Source: Epiperipatus broadwayi
Lineage: Eukaryota; Animalia; Onychophora
NCBI GenBank assembly: GCA_028023455.1
Contig: JAQFVV010000007.1
Coordinates: forward strand, 5,332,001-5,396,000
Length of the DNA stretch: 64,000 nucleotides
Reading direction: 5' to 3'
The notes under the pieces were generated by a model, which worked only from the letters and a program-made list of their open reading frames with translations, was not told where the DNA came from and made no database searches. Below are positions 38,841-52,760 of the stretch, piece by piece (the stretch's first letter is position 1; each line of letters starts with the position of its first letter). A program made the translations under genes and the position numbers.

Positions 38841-41800
38841 TGCTGTGTCCCCAACTATGACGAGGTGACCAGCAAACATGAATACACAGTTGTCATTAGT
38901 GGGCAACAACATATATAGTAGTATTAAGACAATTTGTTAGCAATTAAAACAGTTAACTAATTAAATCTTTAATATACATATAAGTCTGCACATATGCAAG
39001 CATAACTAATCAGCCAACAAAACGAATAATTGAATAAAATGTCCAAACAGTTTAGGTAAATGAATGTGATACTTTACTTTGACTACACTGTTTCTCTCTT
39101 TCAAACAAAAGCCCTCCACAAGCCTCTTGAGGCATTTCATAAAATAGTAAAACCAGTATGGTCTTCTAAAAATCCTAATCAGCTTGGTTACCTACAGGAG
39201 CCCAAATAACTTACCCATGGAAACAGAATAACAGGCAGTCAAACAAGAGCTCCAGCCCTTTCTCCTCTAGCTTTAAATACCCCCTCTTCTTTTGTTTTCT
39301 TGTTTTCTTTTTTCTTTACTCTCTTTTCTAAAGTAATTTATTTATTTTTTCCCACATAATACAATGGGGAGGTTTTCTTGACTTTTACTTTAATTAGTTC
39401 TGCTTAAAACTATTTAACTATTATTAGATTTGGAGTTGTTATCTGCCCATAAATTACTTTGTTTAATGACATTTTTTTAACTTCAATTACTAATTTCCCA
39501 TTTATCTTGGAAATTTATTTCCTCAGAGGCGAAACCTTACATACAGTAGCTCCATTTATTGCAAACCAGAGTAATCAATGAATGCAATAAGATTAGTGCA
39601 TAAAATCTCAATCTAATGCCTAATCATCCAATATCCTCAGACTAGTTTCTTGATTGTGAATTTCAGCAATGAGGAGCCTTGGATCTTGGCGCACTCGACC
39701 TAGATCTTAGGATCTAATGCAACCCTCCAGCATCCACCTTTTACCTTATTATCTAAAAGCTTTGAGTCCAAAATGAAAACACAATAATGTTTTTAATTCA
39801 AAACTCATTAGCCTGTTTAGTTGTACAATCTGAACTTAGTTCAGCATCTATACTTTTTGGTATTTTTGGTTCTTTACTAATCATATACACCATAATCCTG
39901 TTGGGCAGGATTGGTATTAAACCACTAAACATCACATGATCATCATTCTTTATGCTTATACTAGCTGTTTAACATCACTCAGTACAAACCAGAGTAATCA
40001 GTGGATGTAAGAAGGTTAGTGCATAAAATCTCTATCTAATGCCTACTCATCAGAGGCAAAACTCTCCATACAGTAGCACCACTCAATGCAAGCCAGAGCA
40101 ATCAATTGATGCAAGAAGGTTAGTGCATAAAATCTCTATCTAATGCCTATTCATCTCACACTGGCAAGCTAGAGTAATCATTGGATGCAAGAAGTTTAGT
40201 GTCTGAAATCTCTATCAGATATTAGATAGAGATTTTATGCACTAACCTTCTCGCATCCATTGATTACTCTGGATTTCACTAAGTGGGGCTACTGTATGGA
40301 GAGTTTTACCTCTGTTAAACAGCTAGTGAAACATAAAGAATGGGGATCATGTGATGTGAATTTATTTCCACTATAATCTAACTTTTCAGATCTACAAAAT
40401 TTAATTAAATATATACATTTATTTTGTTTGTTTCTATTCAAAGCTTTTATTTTTTAATATAGTTTAATTAAACTTTTTTTTTTATTGATTTCTTTCATAG
40501 CATTATAACCAAATTATTTTAAATATAAATTAAATATTTTACATTCCTCCCCTTACTCCAGAAAATTTTCTTAGGTTTATGTGTATTCTTTATCACATCT
40601 GTCATCTGGGTGATCTAGTTGTTACCATGATCAGCTTTGGAGTTCATTGAAGTTCATTTTTCAAATTTCAGGTTCAAACTCACTGATTTCTTCTGCTATC
40701 TGTTGTTTTCCTCCTTCTCATTTTTTTGGTATCTTGATGGTGGACATGATTTACATATCTCCTATATGTTGTACCATCCTGTGCTTGGGTGATTTTTTTT
40801 TTTGATAATAGTTTGTGACTACTCTTTGAACCCATTTCTTCCTGATCATGTCTCAAACCCAAACTTTGTCACCTATTACATATGTTTTTTCATTTTTTTT
40901 GCCAGTTACATGTGATTTCCTCTTTTGTCATTCTCTATTTTATCAGTCATATTGGGAAGTTGAAATGATAACTTAATCCAGTATTTCCTTTCCATTAACA
41001 ATTATGCCTGTGATTTTCTTGTAGCTGTTGATAGTGTGTTGATGAAGCATGGTGTTATATATTTCTTGCTGCGCTTATTATTCTTCAGTTTTTAAGGGCT
41101 TTTTTAATATTTGTATGGCCTTTCAGCAAGACCATTTGACTCTGGTAGGGGTGTGCATATATGTTTAATGGCATCTTGTGGTGAATCTGGTGCCATTGTC
41201 AGACACGATAGTTTCTGGTAAACCATTACAAGAAAATACAGCAATTATTGTTTCTATCATTTATTTTGTACTCATATTCTTTTCTATGGGACACTGCCCT
41301 TTTTGAGAATGCATCTATAAGTATCAGCACTATGTGCACTCTCTACCAAGCTTTCATTGCTCTTGGCCACAGGTTATATTTCTTCATATTCATCTCTGGT
41401 AGACAGGCCATATATTTTTTTTTGTTTTTCTCTATCTCTGATGTTATTTTTGGTCACCAGATGTAGCTGTGGCCCCAATAATTCGAGGATGACTTTTATG
41501 AAGTAATTTTAAAACTTGCTATCTGTCTTCAGTTGTTATTACTACCTGATCCCCTATTAACACCCAACATCTACAAATAGACAATTTGTTTCAGTTTATC
41601 CAGAACCCTGAGGCAACTTAGTGAGGTTTTGAAACAGGCCATCCATTTTTATGAAATCCATAAGCCATTGATAACCTTTATTGACTTTTGTCTAAATAGA
41701 TACTTTTCTTCTATTAAGTATTTATGATTTCAACGCGTCAATATAATTTATGTCTGTCTACATACTGCTTGTTTCTTCTCTATCTGGGATACAGGATAAT

Positions 41801-44800
41801 GCATTGGCATGTGAGATCTCTCTTCCCTTCTTCTATTCTAATTTGTAGTCATAAGCTGACAAAATATTTCTTCAATGTATCATGCATGAGCTTAAATGGC
41901 CAGGGGCTAATTTATTATGACTCAGAATTCCCAGAAGAGGCTTGGGGCCAGTTATTATTTGAAACATCCTTCCAAAAATGTACTGATTTAATTTTTTCAG
42001 GGTGAAAATAATAACCAAAGCCTCTTTATTGATCTGACTAGTTTTTTTTTCTGCTTTAGAGAGTGTATATGGAGCATATGCAATGGGGCTTTCTCCCTTA
42101 TAACATGGAAGAAAGAGAACTGCATCCACACCTCATTCCAAAGTGTCAGTAGTTAAACACATTTCCAAATTATTATTAAAGTGTACTAACAATGTGTTAG
42201 ATGACAATAGAGCTTTAGTTTTGCTAAACACTTCATCCTGAATTTTTTGCCACTTTTAATCTTTTCTCAATAAGTCATACAATGGCTTTGCTACATGTGC
42301 TTTATTTTAAAAAAGGTTTGAAAAAATTTATCAAACCTAAATATGCTTGTAGTTGTTTAACATTTGTGGGTTTTGTTGCATTTTGCACTGCTCTTACTTT
42401 TTTGGGTGTTGGTCTCCCTCCCCCCTATAAGAAATTATATGATTGAGGAAAACTAACACTTTTGCAAGCCATATGCTATTTTGGGCATTTAATTTTACTC
42501 CAAACCTGTTTAATTTTTCACAAACTGTAAACAGCCTTTTATACAACATCTCTTCTGAGTTTGCCATGATGACATATCTTTGAAGTAGGGGATAACCCCT
42601 CTAGACCCTTGAGCAATGTGCTAATTTCTGCTTTAAAAATGTTAAGGGCTGTTGATATGCCAAATGGTAAACAATTACATTTAAATAATCCCCATCACAG
42701 TTGTCAAGGTTAATATTTCAGATGATTTGTCTGTCACTTGATTCTGGTGGAATGTGAAGTTCAAATCTAACTTTGCAAAATGTGAAGCATTTTGGAGACT
42801 GGCTAATACTTCCCTCACATTTGGATCAAGGTATGCTCCCCTCTTTAGATATTTATGTCTCAATAATCTGTAATCACCATGTCATCTAATTTTGCCATTT
42901 GGCATAGTTATTACTCTTAAAGGCATGGCCTAATTCAATGTTTCAATTTGTGTTAATATGCCCTTAGTGACTAAAGTATTTAGTTTTCCTGCCACTTTTT
43001 GAGCGAATGGGATTTTAGGATGTTTATACACAACTGGACTCTAATTTTCCAGTAACTCTTTATCTACTGGGCTCATTGTAATTAATTCCAATTTTTCATT
43101 AAATAAATTGGGATATTTGTCTGCTATTTCCTGTTCAAGGGAGATTTTTTATATAATATTAATTTGAATTCCTAACTCTTGGAACCACTCCCCTCTGAGG
43201 ATGGGGCTAATCTTCCCTATTACTATATATAGAGGTAGATTTATTTTTTTTACCACAATGATTGATAGATGCTGTAGTGCATTTCCATTTACGTAACGCA
43301 CTCTAATGTTTGTTTTCTCTAATTTTCTTTCCACCTTAGTTGATGATAGTGACATCTAGTCTGTTATTGACATTAGGAAAGTACTGGCCCCTATCAATTT
43401 CCATTGACACTTCTTTTCTGAAAAGAACTAACTTATTCATAAATTGATTTAACTCTTGGATGCCCATGTTTTTAACCATCTGAGTACCTCACTTACTTTC
43501 TTGCATTGGTAATTTATTTTTGCCTTTAATATTACATTCTTGGTTACACATATATGCTAAATGAGCCTTTTAACTGCATTTAAAGCATGTTTCTTTAAGC
43601 CACCTGTGATCTTTTGCTATGTGATGCCTCTTTCCACAGCAAAAGCATATCCCTTTAGCTACTCTCCTTTTCTATCTTGAACTCTTCCATTTGAGTGTCT
43701 TCCTCAGTTTTAGCTCTGAAAGCCTGTTGCAGAATTAGTTGCGTACACTATGTCTTTCTTTATGGCCATATTGTACTTTATATCATACTCTATAAAAAGT
43801 TGTTGTTTGAGCCTATCATCAGACATACCCCATAAAAATTCAACTATGAGTATTTACTCAATGAAATCCCCATAACCATAGTTTTTTGCTAACTCCCTCA
43901 AAGCTGAGTTGTAATTAATTTTTCTCTCATTAAACTGCTTCCTATTTCATAAAGTTATGTGCCAGGATAGACTGGAACCAAAATGATCACTTAATCTTTT
44001 TATTAGTTTCTCATATTTTACATTCTCTGTTATGATCTCAAATAATCTACTTATAACCTCAATTACTTTTTTGCCGGCAAAACAATTGTGTTGCTATTTT
44101 TAGTTTATGATCTTCGATACCATTCAGCATGAAAAAACTTCTCTAGTTGCATTACATATAACTGCCATTCAGACACATTGCTGACTTCAAATTCCACTAT
44201 GCTATTTTGACCAAATGAACTCATTTTACTAACTACTGTTAACTGTCCCTACTATTAATTTTTGTCTGTCTGCCAGGTTCAACATTCACCTGACTTACTA
44301 ATGATTTCAAAACTCTCCTCTTTCCCTTAAGTTCAAAATGACCACCACAAGTCCCCAACTATGACCAGATGGCCAGCAAACATGAATATACAATTAACAT
44401 TAACAGACAACAACATATATAGTAGTACTAAGACAATTTATAAGCAATTATAACAGTTAACTAATTAAATCTTCAATATACCTTATACGTCTGCACTTAT
44501 GCAAGCATAACTAATCAGCCAACAAAACAAAAAAAAAAAAAATAATTGAATGAAAATGTTCAAATAGTCTAGGTAAATGAATGCAATACTTTACCTTCAC
44601 TACACAACTCTCTCTTTTAAACACAAAACCCTTAGTGAGCCTTTTGAGGCATTTCATAAAATCATAATTAGACCGAGATGGTCTGCTGAAAGTCCTAATT
44701 GGCTTGTTTACCTACAGGAGCTGAGACCCTGGGAATGTGGTCCATGGATGATGAGCTTCTCTGCAACTTACACATGGAATCAGAACAGCAGGCAGCCACC

Positions 44801-45253
44801 AAGAGCCCCAGTACTTTCTTCTCTAGCTTTATATACTTCCCTCTTCTTTTATTTTCATATCTTCTTTTTTCTTTACTTTCTTTTCTGGGATAATTAATTT
44901 TTCCCCACATAATCTGGTGGGGGTGGGGGTCTTGACTTTTACTTTAATTAGTTCTGCTTAAAACAATTTAATTATTATTAGACTTAGAGTTTTGTTATCT
45001 GCCTGTAAATCAATAGTTATTGTTCAATGAAATTCTCTTAACTTTAATTGCTAATTCTCCGTTTATCATAGCAATTTATTTCCACTATAATCTAACTTTT
45101 TAGTTCTACAAAATTAATTAATATATACATTTATTTTGTTTGACTCTATTCAAATTTTTTAATTTTTAACTTAGTTTAATTAAACATTTTTTTAAATCGA
45201 TTTCTTTCACAGCACAATAAACAAATTATTTAAATAAGATTAAATATTTTACA
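38841..45253 (-). mobile_element. Second decayed Ty3/Gypsy LTR retrotransposon
   Basis: LTRs about 44350-45253 and 38841/6-40543 (latter interrupted at 39523-40358); PPT 40544-40556; gag start near 44220, RT (FAKLDL, 42681-42863), RNase H (PIAY...EKEALVIIF, 41872-42129). Confidence 0.88.
39523..40358. mobile_element. Family A insertion inside Gypsy 3' LTR
   Basis: TSD aatttatttcc 39512-39522 / 40359-40369; single copy of the site in the sister LTR at 45073-45083; one monomer plus partial repeats plus terminal inverted piece. Confidence 0.9.
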
Positions 45254-45549
45254 TAATAAACCAATGTTTGTTGTTGGTTTAATCTGCTAACTTTTTTATA
45301 TATAGTATTGTCTGATCTGCATATTTATTTCATGTTCATTTCATTTGCAATAGTTTATGTTCTTCCAGATTTAACCTAGTATTGCAAATGGTGTCTGTGT
45401 AGTGGTTATTATCATCATATTATAAAAAAATATTTTCCAAAGATTATTTACATATATACCTATAAAAAATATATGCTGGTCTATTTCCTAATGTTTAGTG
45501 TCAGATGGTGCCTGAATCAATTAACTAAATGTAAATGAGTTAAACATAT

Positions 45550-46596
45550 TAAAACAGGCAAAACTCACTATATATATTGCCACACACAGCAAGCTAGAGT
45601 AATCAATGGATGCCAGAAGGCTTGTGCATAAAATCCCCATCTAGTGCCTACTCAGACTAGTTTCTGGCTTATGGCCTTCATCAGTGAGGAGCCTTGGATC
45701 TGAGAGCACTGCATCTATATCTTAGGATCTAATGCAACTCTCCAGCATCTCCATTTAACTACAAAACTATGAGTCCTAAACTGAAAACACCATAATGTTT
45801 TTAATTCAAGCCCATTAGCTTATATAGTCATATGGGTCTGAACCCAGCTTAGTACCCATACATTTTGGTGTCTTTGGTTTTATAATAACCATAGCCACCA
45901 TTATCCTATTAGGCAGGATTGGTTTTAAGCCAATAAACATCACATGACCACCTCTTATGCTTGTGTATAACTGTTGATAAAACAGACAAAACTCACTATA
46001 TATATTGCCACACACAGCAAGCTAGAGTAATCAATGGATGCCAGAAGGCTTGTGCATAAAATCCCCATATAGTGCCTATTCATTCAATATCCCCAGACTA
46101 GTTATACACAACATAAGAGGAGGTGGTCATGTGATGTTTATTGGCTTAAAACCAATCCTGCCTAATAGGATAATGGTGGCTATGGTTATTATAGAACCAA
46201 AGACACCAAAATGTATGGGTACTGAACTGGGTTCAGATACATATGACTATATAAGCTAATGGGCTTGGATTGAAAACATTATGGTGTTTTCAGTTTAGGA
46301 CTCATAGTTTTGTAGTTAAATGGAGTTAAAAGGTAGTTGCTGGAGGGTTGCATTAGATCCTAAGATCTAGATGCAGTGCTCTTAGATTTAAGGCTCCTCA
46401 CTGATGAAGGCCATAAGCCAGAAACTAGTCTGGGGATATTGGATGAGTAGGCACTAGATGGGGATTTCATGCACAAGCCTTCTAGAATCTATTGATTACT
46501 TTAGCTTGCTGTGTGTGGCAATATATATAGTGTGTTTTGCCTGTTTTAACAACAGTTATACACAAGCATAAGAGGAGGTGGTCATGTGATGTTTAT
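45550..46596. mobile_element. Family A large fold-back insertion (each arm longer than one monomer)
   Basis: gcaagctagagtaatc at 45589 and 46017 (period 428); inversion point near 46100; TSD tgagttaaacatat 45536-45549 / 46597-46610; HHR cores at about 45652-45700 (-) and 46401-46430 (+). Confidence 0.9.
46385..46445 (+). ncRNA. Type I hammerhead ribozyme motif (family A), intact core
   Basis: UCCUCA CUGAUGA A-GGC-CAUAA-GCC-A GAA AC-UA-GU C UGGGGA; predicted cleavage after 46430. Confidence 0.82.
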
Positions 46597-47884
46597 TGAG
46601 TTAAACATATCTTAGCTAACCATTACAATTTGTATGTGTAAACATATAAAAGTGTTTCATTTGAAATTATTCTTTGGTCTTGTTACATTTATTTTTAAAT
46701 GCATTTTCTCTTTTATAATTCGCTCATCTTAAAACATCATATTTATTTTGTAAAAGAAAATCTTTGTGATAGAACTGTAATAATTATTCTGATACCAACT
46801 AAAAGAAGATAGGCTTACCACATAAAACATCTCAGGAAGTGAGTTAATATACAGGGGCTTCACTTAAAATAGGACTTTTGAAAAACTAATTCATTATAAC
46901 ATTATAAAAAACTATCCAATCATTGGGTTGGCAGTTTAGTTAAAGTACACTATTAGATATGAAAGAGTATATTTGCAATAATGTTGAAATTTATATACTG
47001 TGTTAATTAAAACTTTAGTTAATTTAAATTCTTTAAAAATAGAATGCATGTCAAAATAGCTTATTGTTTAGATGAACATTGTCTTCTTGGAATTAAGAAT
47101 GTGACTCCAATCTTTACCAAAGGTTCTTAAGCCTTTCATGTCACTATTATGTGAATTTTCAATTTCTCTGAAAAATCTAATCAAAGAAATATTATTAATA
47201 TAAATGTGATCTGCATTTTTTTTAAATATTATGGATGAGAGCTGAAGATCAGATGTGAAAATAAAAAAAGTTTGTATATACAATAATCCATCATATTGAT
47301 TTCTATATCCATTGTTTCAGTTATCTTAGATTCAAAATCACACAAAAAAATAAAAATTAATAATAAAACAATTAATTTTTTTAGTTTACAATGCAATTAA
47401 TTGGACAACACAATTACAAAATCTCACAATAACAGACCAAAAGTTCTTTTATTTGCACCATTATAAAACTTCTGGTTTTTTAAATAACCATATTTTACTT
47501 AAAATTTAAATAAAACAAATAATAAACCAAGTAAAGCAATTCATAATTTCTGTATCTCTGATCTCCCTGTTAAGAGAGACTTATAATGTACAAAATATCC
47601 AATCATTTCATAATTCCAATTACATTTAATATTAAAATATTTTTTAAATAAATTAATAGCTTCAGAATCATAATTCTTTAATTTATTAAGAAAGATTCCT
47701 TAATTTTACTATTTCCTTCATGAATATATAATGCAGAATTAAGATTTTTTTTTTTTGCTTTTTATAAATTTTTTTTTAAACTCAAGCTATTTTGAATATA
47801 TATATATAATTTGTTACAAAAAATAATAAATAATATAAAAATTCCTCATAAATAACTATCAATTCTTTCTTTTATATTACTCAG

Positions 47885-48065
47885 TTTGATTGTATATATG
47901 TGTGGAGATAATAATCTGGACCAACTGATGAATGCTGGTTTAGCACAAAATATGTTTATTAGTGATTGTTTATCTTTTTGACATGTGTGTGATCAAGTGT
48001 ATCAGCAGTATGATATAGCATGGATAGTTGAGGGTCTTAGACTGAAGTCTGAGTTCAAGTCCCCA
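47885..48065 (+). mobile_element. Family E short HHR-bearing repeat
   Basis: ccaa ctgatga atgctg-gtt-tagcac aaaa tatgttt a ttag at 47921-47962; homologous to 51860-52760. Confidence 0.65.
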
Positions 48066-48449
48066 ATATATTACATATTGGAATGCAGGTATGGAAAAGC
48101 CTGTACCATAGAAAAAAATTCATATATTACTCAGTAAAGTATTTAGAGTAATATCCATTCTTTGTGCTAATTTTTTCTTATGAAAAATAATACGATTCTT
48201 TCTTAAACTTAATAAAAAGCCAATGTAAAAGGCAATAAAGAAAAAGAAATGTAGAAAGAAAATAATAACAATAATATATCAGAGATGAGTTTTGCAATGA
48301 CTGTGCAAACCAATACCTATAAACAAATAATACTAAATCCATTATACTGTTTGTTTGCTATTTTTAGGATGCTGCCATTTAACTTCTAAAATAACCATTA
48401 CACTCTCTAATGTTATCTATTCTTTGCCATTTGTTTCCACCTCGCTCTT

Positions 48450-50845
48450 TTTTAAAATGTCTCTCAGACAACCATGTTATAACATAAACAGAATCTGATT
48501 TTCCCACAAAAATCATACTCAAGTTTAATATGAAATAGATTCTTAGGATGTCTTGGGTTATTGTTCATTAGTTTTTCATAACAATCCAATGAGGATGTTA
48601 TTATAAAATAGTGGATTCTATAATATCATATCCAGCAAACTGAAATACATTCTGATTGATGTTACAATCATGACAACGTAGTTTTGTGATTTTATGGAGA
48701 ACCTTCAATGAAATTATGTAAGTTGTCATGATAAACTGGTAGACCCAGTATAACAGAGGAACAAATTGTCCAGAAGCTCCGATCCTATCCTGAACACATG
48801 CATCCTGCCCTACATGATATTCCCTGATTTGTAATGCTCCACCATAGCCATTTCACAGTTCCTATAGTATGTAGAGTTGTTGATATACTGGCCAGATACT
48901 TTCAAAGTATTCCCAACATGTATCCAATTGCTCTCATACCATTCAGGAAATAAACTACCAATCCCTTTACTTTAACTAACATTAGACCCATATCCAGGTC
49001 CCCACTGATCATCAAGACAATTGAATCACTGGTTAAGGATAGGATACAGCAGCAGTTATAAGGATCTCTGTATACCAGTTCACTCACAAGGGCTCATCCA
49101 CCATTGAAGCAGTATGGCACTTCATGTTGCTGGTGGAGCATGTAAAATCACATAGAAAATCAGGGCCTGTTGTTGTTCAGTAGACTTTGTGGCTGTCTTT
49201 GACTCCATGGTGCCAGCAAAATTACTATCCTTGTTAAGGCACTATGGAGTACCAATTGTCTATGTTAGAATCTTTGCTAACTTGTTGCTGAATAGGTTGA
49301 TTCACACATCTCTAGATGGTTCCTTGACCCCTGGTTTCAGACTGCACCTGTCAATTTCACAGGGGTCCCCACTAAGCACCCTGTGTTTTATTACCTACTT
49401 CAATCCCTTACTAGAAGAGTGGAAAAAGAACTACCAGGAGTCTAAATCCCAGCACTAATAGAGCAGCTCCACCACATTTCATACATGGATGATGTTACCA
49501 TCTTCCTCCCTTCTGAGAAATACCTATCATGGCTATACCATCTGCTGGGCAGGTATGCTGGAAAAAATCTGTGGTCTGAAGAACAGTGGGGGTGTTGTAG
49601 TACCATCCAGATATATGGGAAAACTGCAGAAATTCCTTGGGTTCCTGGTTGCTCTCTCCAAAACAGCCATGAGGAGGGCCATCCAGCAGGATCTTTTGGA
49701 CAAGACCTAGAAGATAACAAAATCCCTTTCAATAATCTCTCTGTCACTCCCAGGCAAGGTGACACTGTCAAACATGATGGTGTTTCCATGAATAAATTAC
49801 TACTTGCTGATCTTCAAGCTGACCAAAGGATTTCAGGATGCTATAAATTCAGCCTGCACCAAGATTATGTGGAAGAGGAAAACTGTATCCATCAGTCTGG
49901 CCAAGGTGCAGAGACGATGCGACCTGAATGGACTTAGTATCCATGCTGTTAAGGTGTTTTTTATCCAAAAAGCACTTTCAATGCTCAGAGAAATCTACAG
50001 TAAAAGAGAACAGGATCAAAGTGAAGGCTCTGTAGAGCCTGCAGATACACCATCACCTATTCCCGGTAAATGGGTTAAAGAGCTAGAAGTCTAATTAAAA
50101 ACTCTAATTTCGGTTACTGAGCAAATAAAGAAAACAAAGGAGTCATATTGGGAGATATATAAGCTTCTTTTCTCTAATCAATACCTGATAACTATCTAAT
50201 TAAAACTGTCAGTGAAACAAATGCTCAGGAAATCAAGATACTGGTGGATAGGACCAAAGCTGGTTGATTTCATAATTAAGTTTTTGTCCTTTTTGTCCAC
50301 CAGTTACTTTTTGGTGATGCAAAGAGGATTTTGTCAAGTAAGCACTATATGTAAACTTTGTAATACACATGAAGAGACTCTGGACCACTTTTTTTTGCTT
50401 GCTCATACTTGGGATACACTAGAAACTAAATCATCACAAGTGTTTCCCCTAGCTGTGGGAATGTACTGTCAATTGACCGAGCAATAAAAGAAGGAAAGAA
50501 TGCAACTATCAGGCTAGTGGCATGCTTACTACATGCTTTATGAATCACCAGGTGCCAACATATCTTCAATCAAAGACATAGTGATCCTTGGAACATATAA
50601 AAATACTAATAAACATGAAGAACAGAGATCGCCTTCTTATGCTAGAGCACCTCTTTGTAGACACATGGGTGCATATTATCATATCTGATGATGAGACAAC
50701 ATCTCAGACTACTGCACTAAATATTATGATGACAACACCACATGATTGGTTGCAAAGCTTTGAACTTCTACATAAAACTACTGTAATCAGCAAAATGTAG
50801 CTATCTGACACTGTAAATATTTTTCTTAACAATAAAAAAAAGGAT
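48450..50845 (+). mobile_element. Decayed L1/Tx1-like LINE
   Basis: RPISRSPLIIK, DFVAVFDSM, ISQGSPLS, YMDDVTIF, NGLSIHAV, C.LC...EETLDHFF; aataaaaaaa at 50832. Confidence 0.85.
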
Positions 50846-51859
50846 TACCCCTGATAAATTTAGCTAAATCAACTTCTTTACTATTTCAGCAATTTTATTA
50901 GTTTCCACTGCCCTCAATAACTGATTCTACCTTTCTAAATTAAAAAATTTTTCAAGGTGTCCTCAAGTTGATAATTATCCAAGATAAATATTGCTGAAAA
51001 TTTTTTATCATTGATCAATGAAAGACTTTAATATTAATTATAAAACTACAGTATTAATATGTTACATTTACAATATGAAAAATATTTTTGTAGATCGGAT
51101 TTTGAAGTAGCAAAGATTACAAATCATCAGCATACTGTATATACAAGAATCAAAAAGATTCAAATCTTTTAATAATTCTATTTCTCTGATTCCTAGCTTC
51201 TCTTCTTTAAATTAATCAAAAAAATTCTTATTTCATTTATTCATTTCACATGCATTCTTTTAAGATCTTTTACAATCTTTTGTGATCTAGCAGTGTCCAT
51301 TTACTTGTATCTCTTTTAGCATTTGGTTAAATTGAATTCCATTTTAGTTGTTTTAATTTTTTCATTTAAATACCATTGGTAGCTGTTTGTTTTTTCACCC
51401 ATTATACATTTGTCTATAATTCATTGAGTGGTCTGTAATCTTTGTATTGTTTTTCTATTAAAAATATCCATGTGTCAAATCCAAAAGTAAGAAATGGGAA
51501 AATACATCGATTCTTCTTTTTAAAACATTTTGTTATATTTCCTTTTAATATTATTATTTTTACTAAAAGAATTACATCTGAGTTTAATTTTAAAGATTGA
51601 TTTTATCACTTTTCATCTGCATTAATAATCAACTAAAGTATTTACAATCAACTTCTTTAATTCATGATTATTAAAGACCACTATTATAAAAATTGAAAAC
51701 AAAACTTTATTTAACACCAGTTTTCACTTAAAAAGGCTTCATTTTCATCTGTATCAAAAACCCTTCTAATCTATCATGCAAAAACAGAATGTGAATGCAC
51801 TTTGGTTGATAATTAATTGATTTTAGTTAGTTCCAGAGATCTGTTTGCTTAATTTAGTT

Positions 51860-52760
51860 AAATGCCTTGGCTCAGATTTTCAACCTCTTTACAGCTATAC
51901 ATTGCATCTTATACAACTGATACAGATAACCACATCCATGTAAAAAAATAAATGATCTCCAATACACATATTTCATGCTTAACCAGAAATCATCAGTTGA
52001 TCCAGATTATTATCTCCTACACATATATACTATCAGTGCTCAGTTTAGACTAAGATAGCAAATCTTCAAACTTTAATGGGCAAGCTTAAATTTTTCCATC
52101 TTCTCTCTCTTCAGCCATTCATTTCATTGAAAAATATGATGATGGAACACTGAAAGCTCTTGCTAATGCCAACATTATGGGCATACCCATGTTGCCTTTA
52201 AGTCACTTTGATCCCTCACATATAAGACCTTAATCTATCCATTTAAATACACAGAAGTGGATGGGCAGAATGCAAGCTGACTATGTAATATTTAAATACA
52301 TGTATATTGTCCTAATTAGAAGGGATTTGAACTCAGACTTTCAAGCTTTTTACAGCTATCTATTACATACACATGACCACATACAAGCAAAAAAGATCAT
52401 TGATTTCCCCAATATACATATTTTATGCTGAACCAGTGCTCATCAGTTGGTTCAGATTACCATCTCCCATACAGGTATACAATCAGTGCTCATTTCATAT
52501 TACATAGCAAATCTTCAAACTTGTTCATTAAAGTTTGAAGATTTGCTATCTTAAAATAAACTGAGCACTGAATGTATATATGGGTGGGAGATGCTGATCT
52601 GGACCAACTGATGAGTGCTGGTTCAGCACAAAATATGCATATTGAAGATCATTTATATTTTTTACATTATGTAATAATGTGTATCAGTTGGGTGAGATGG
52701 AATGGATAGCCATGGGGAACTTAAAAGTTTGAATTCAAATCCCTTTTAATTACATTTTTA
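51860..52760. mobile_element. Family E cluster: one minus copy plus a fold-back pair
   Basis: HHR motifs 51959-52000 (-), 52409-52450 (-), 52604-52645 (+); fold-back centre near 52528; possible TSD aatatttaaata 52287-52298 / 52769-52780. Confidence 0.75.

Noticed and set aside
38836-45258. TAATA TSD and a tRNA PBS for the second Gypsy
   Set aside because: TAATA fits only if the LTR starts at 38841, but the first 6 nt do not match the sister LTR; the putative PBS (tggtggtcatttt) could not be assigned to a tRNA.
45815-46259. Two similar ORFs (GHVMFIGLKPILPNRIMVAMVII...) in family A as a possible small protein
   Set aside because: They are the two arms of one palindrome; the frame is broken in other copies (21308-21420, 39850-39950, 56860-56940), so there is no evidence of coding constraint.
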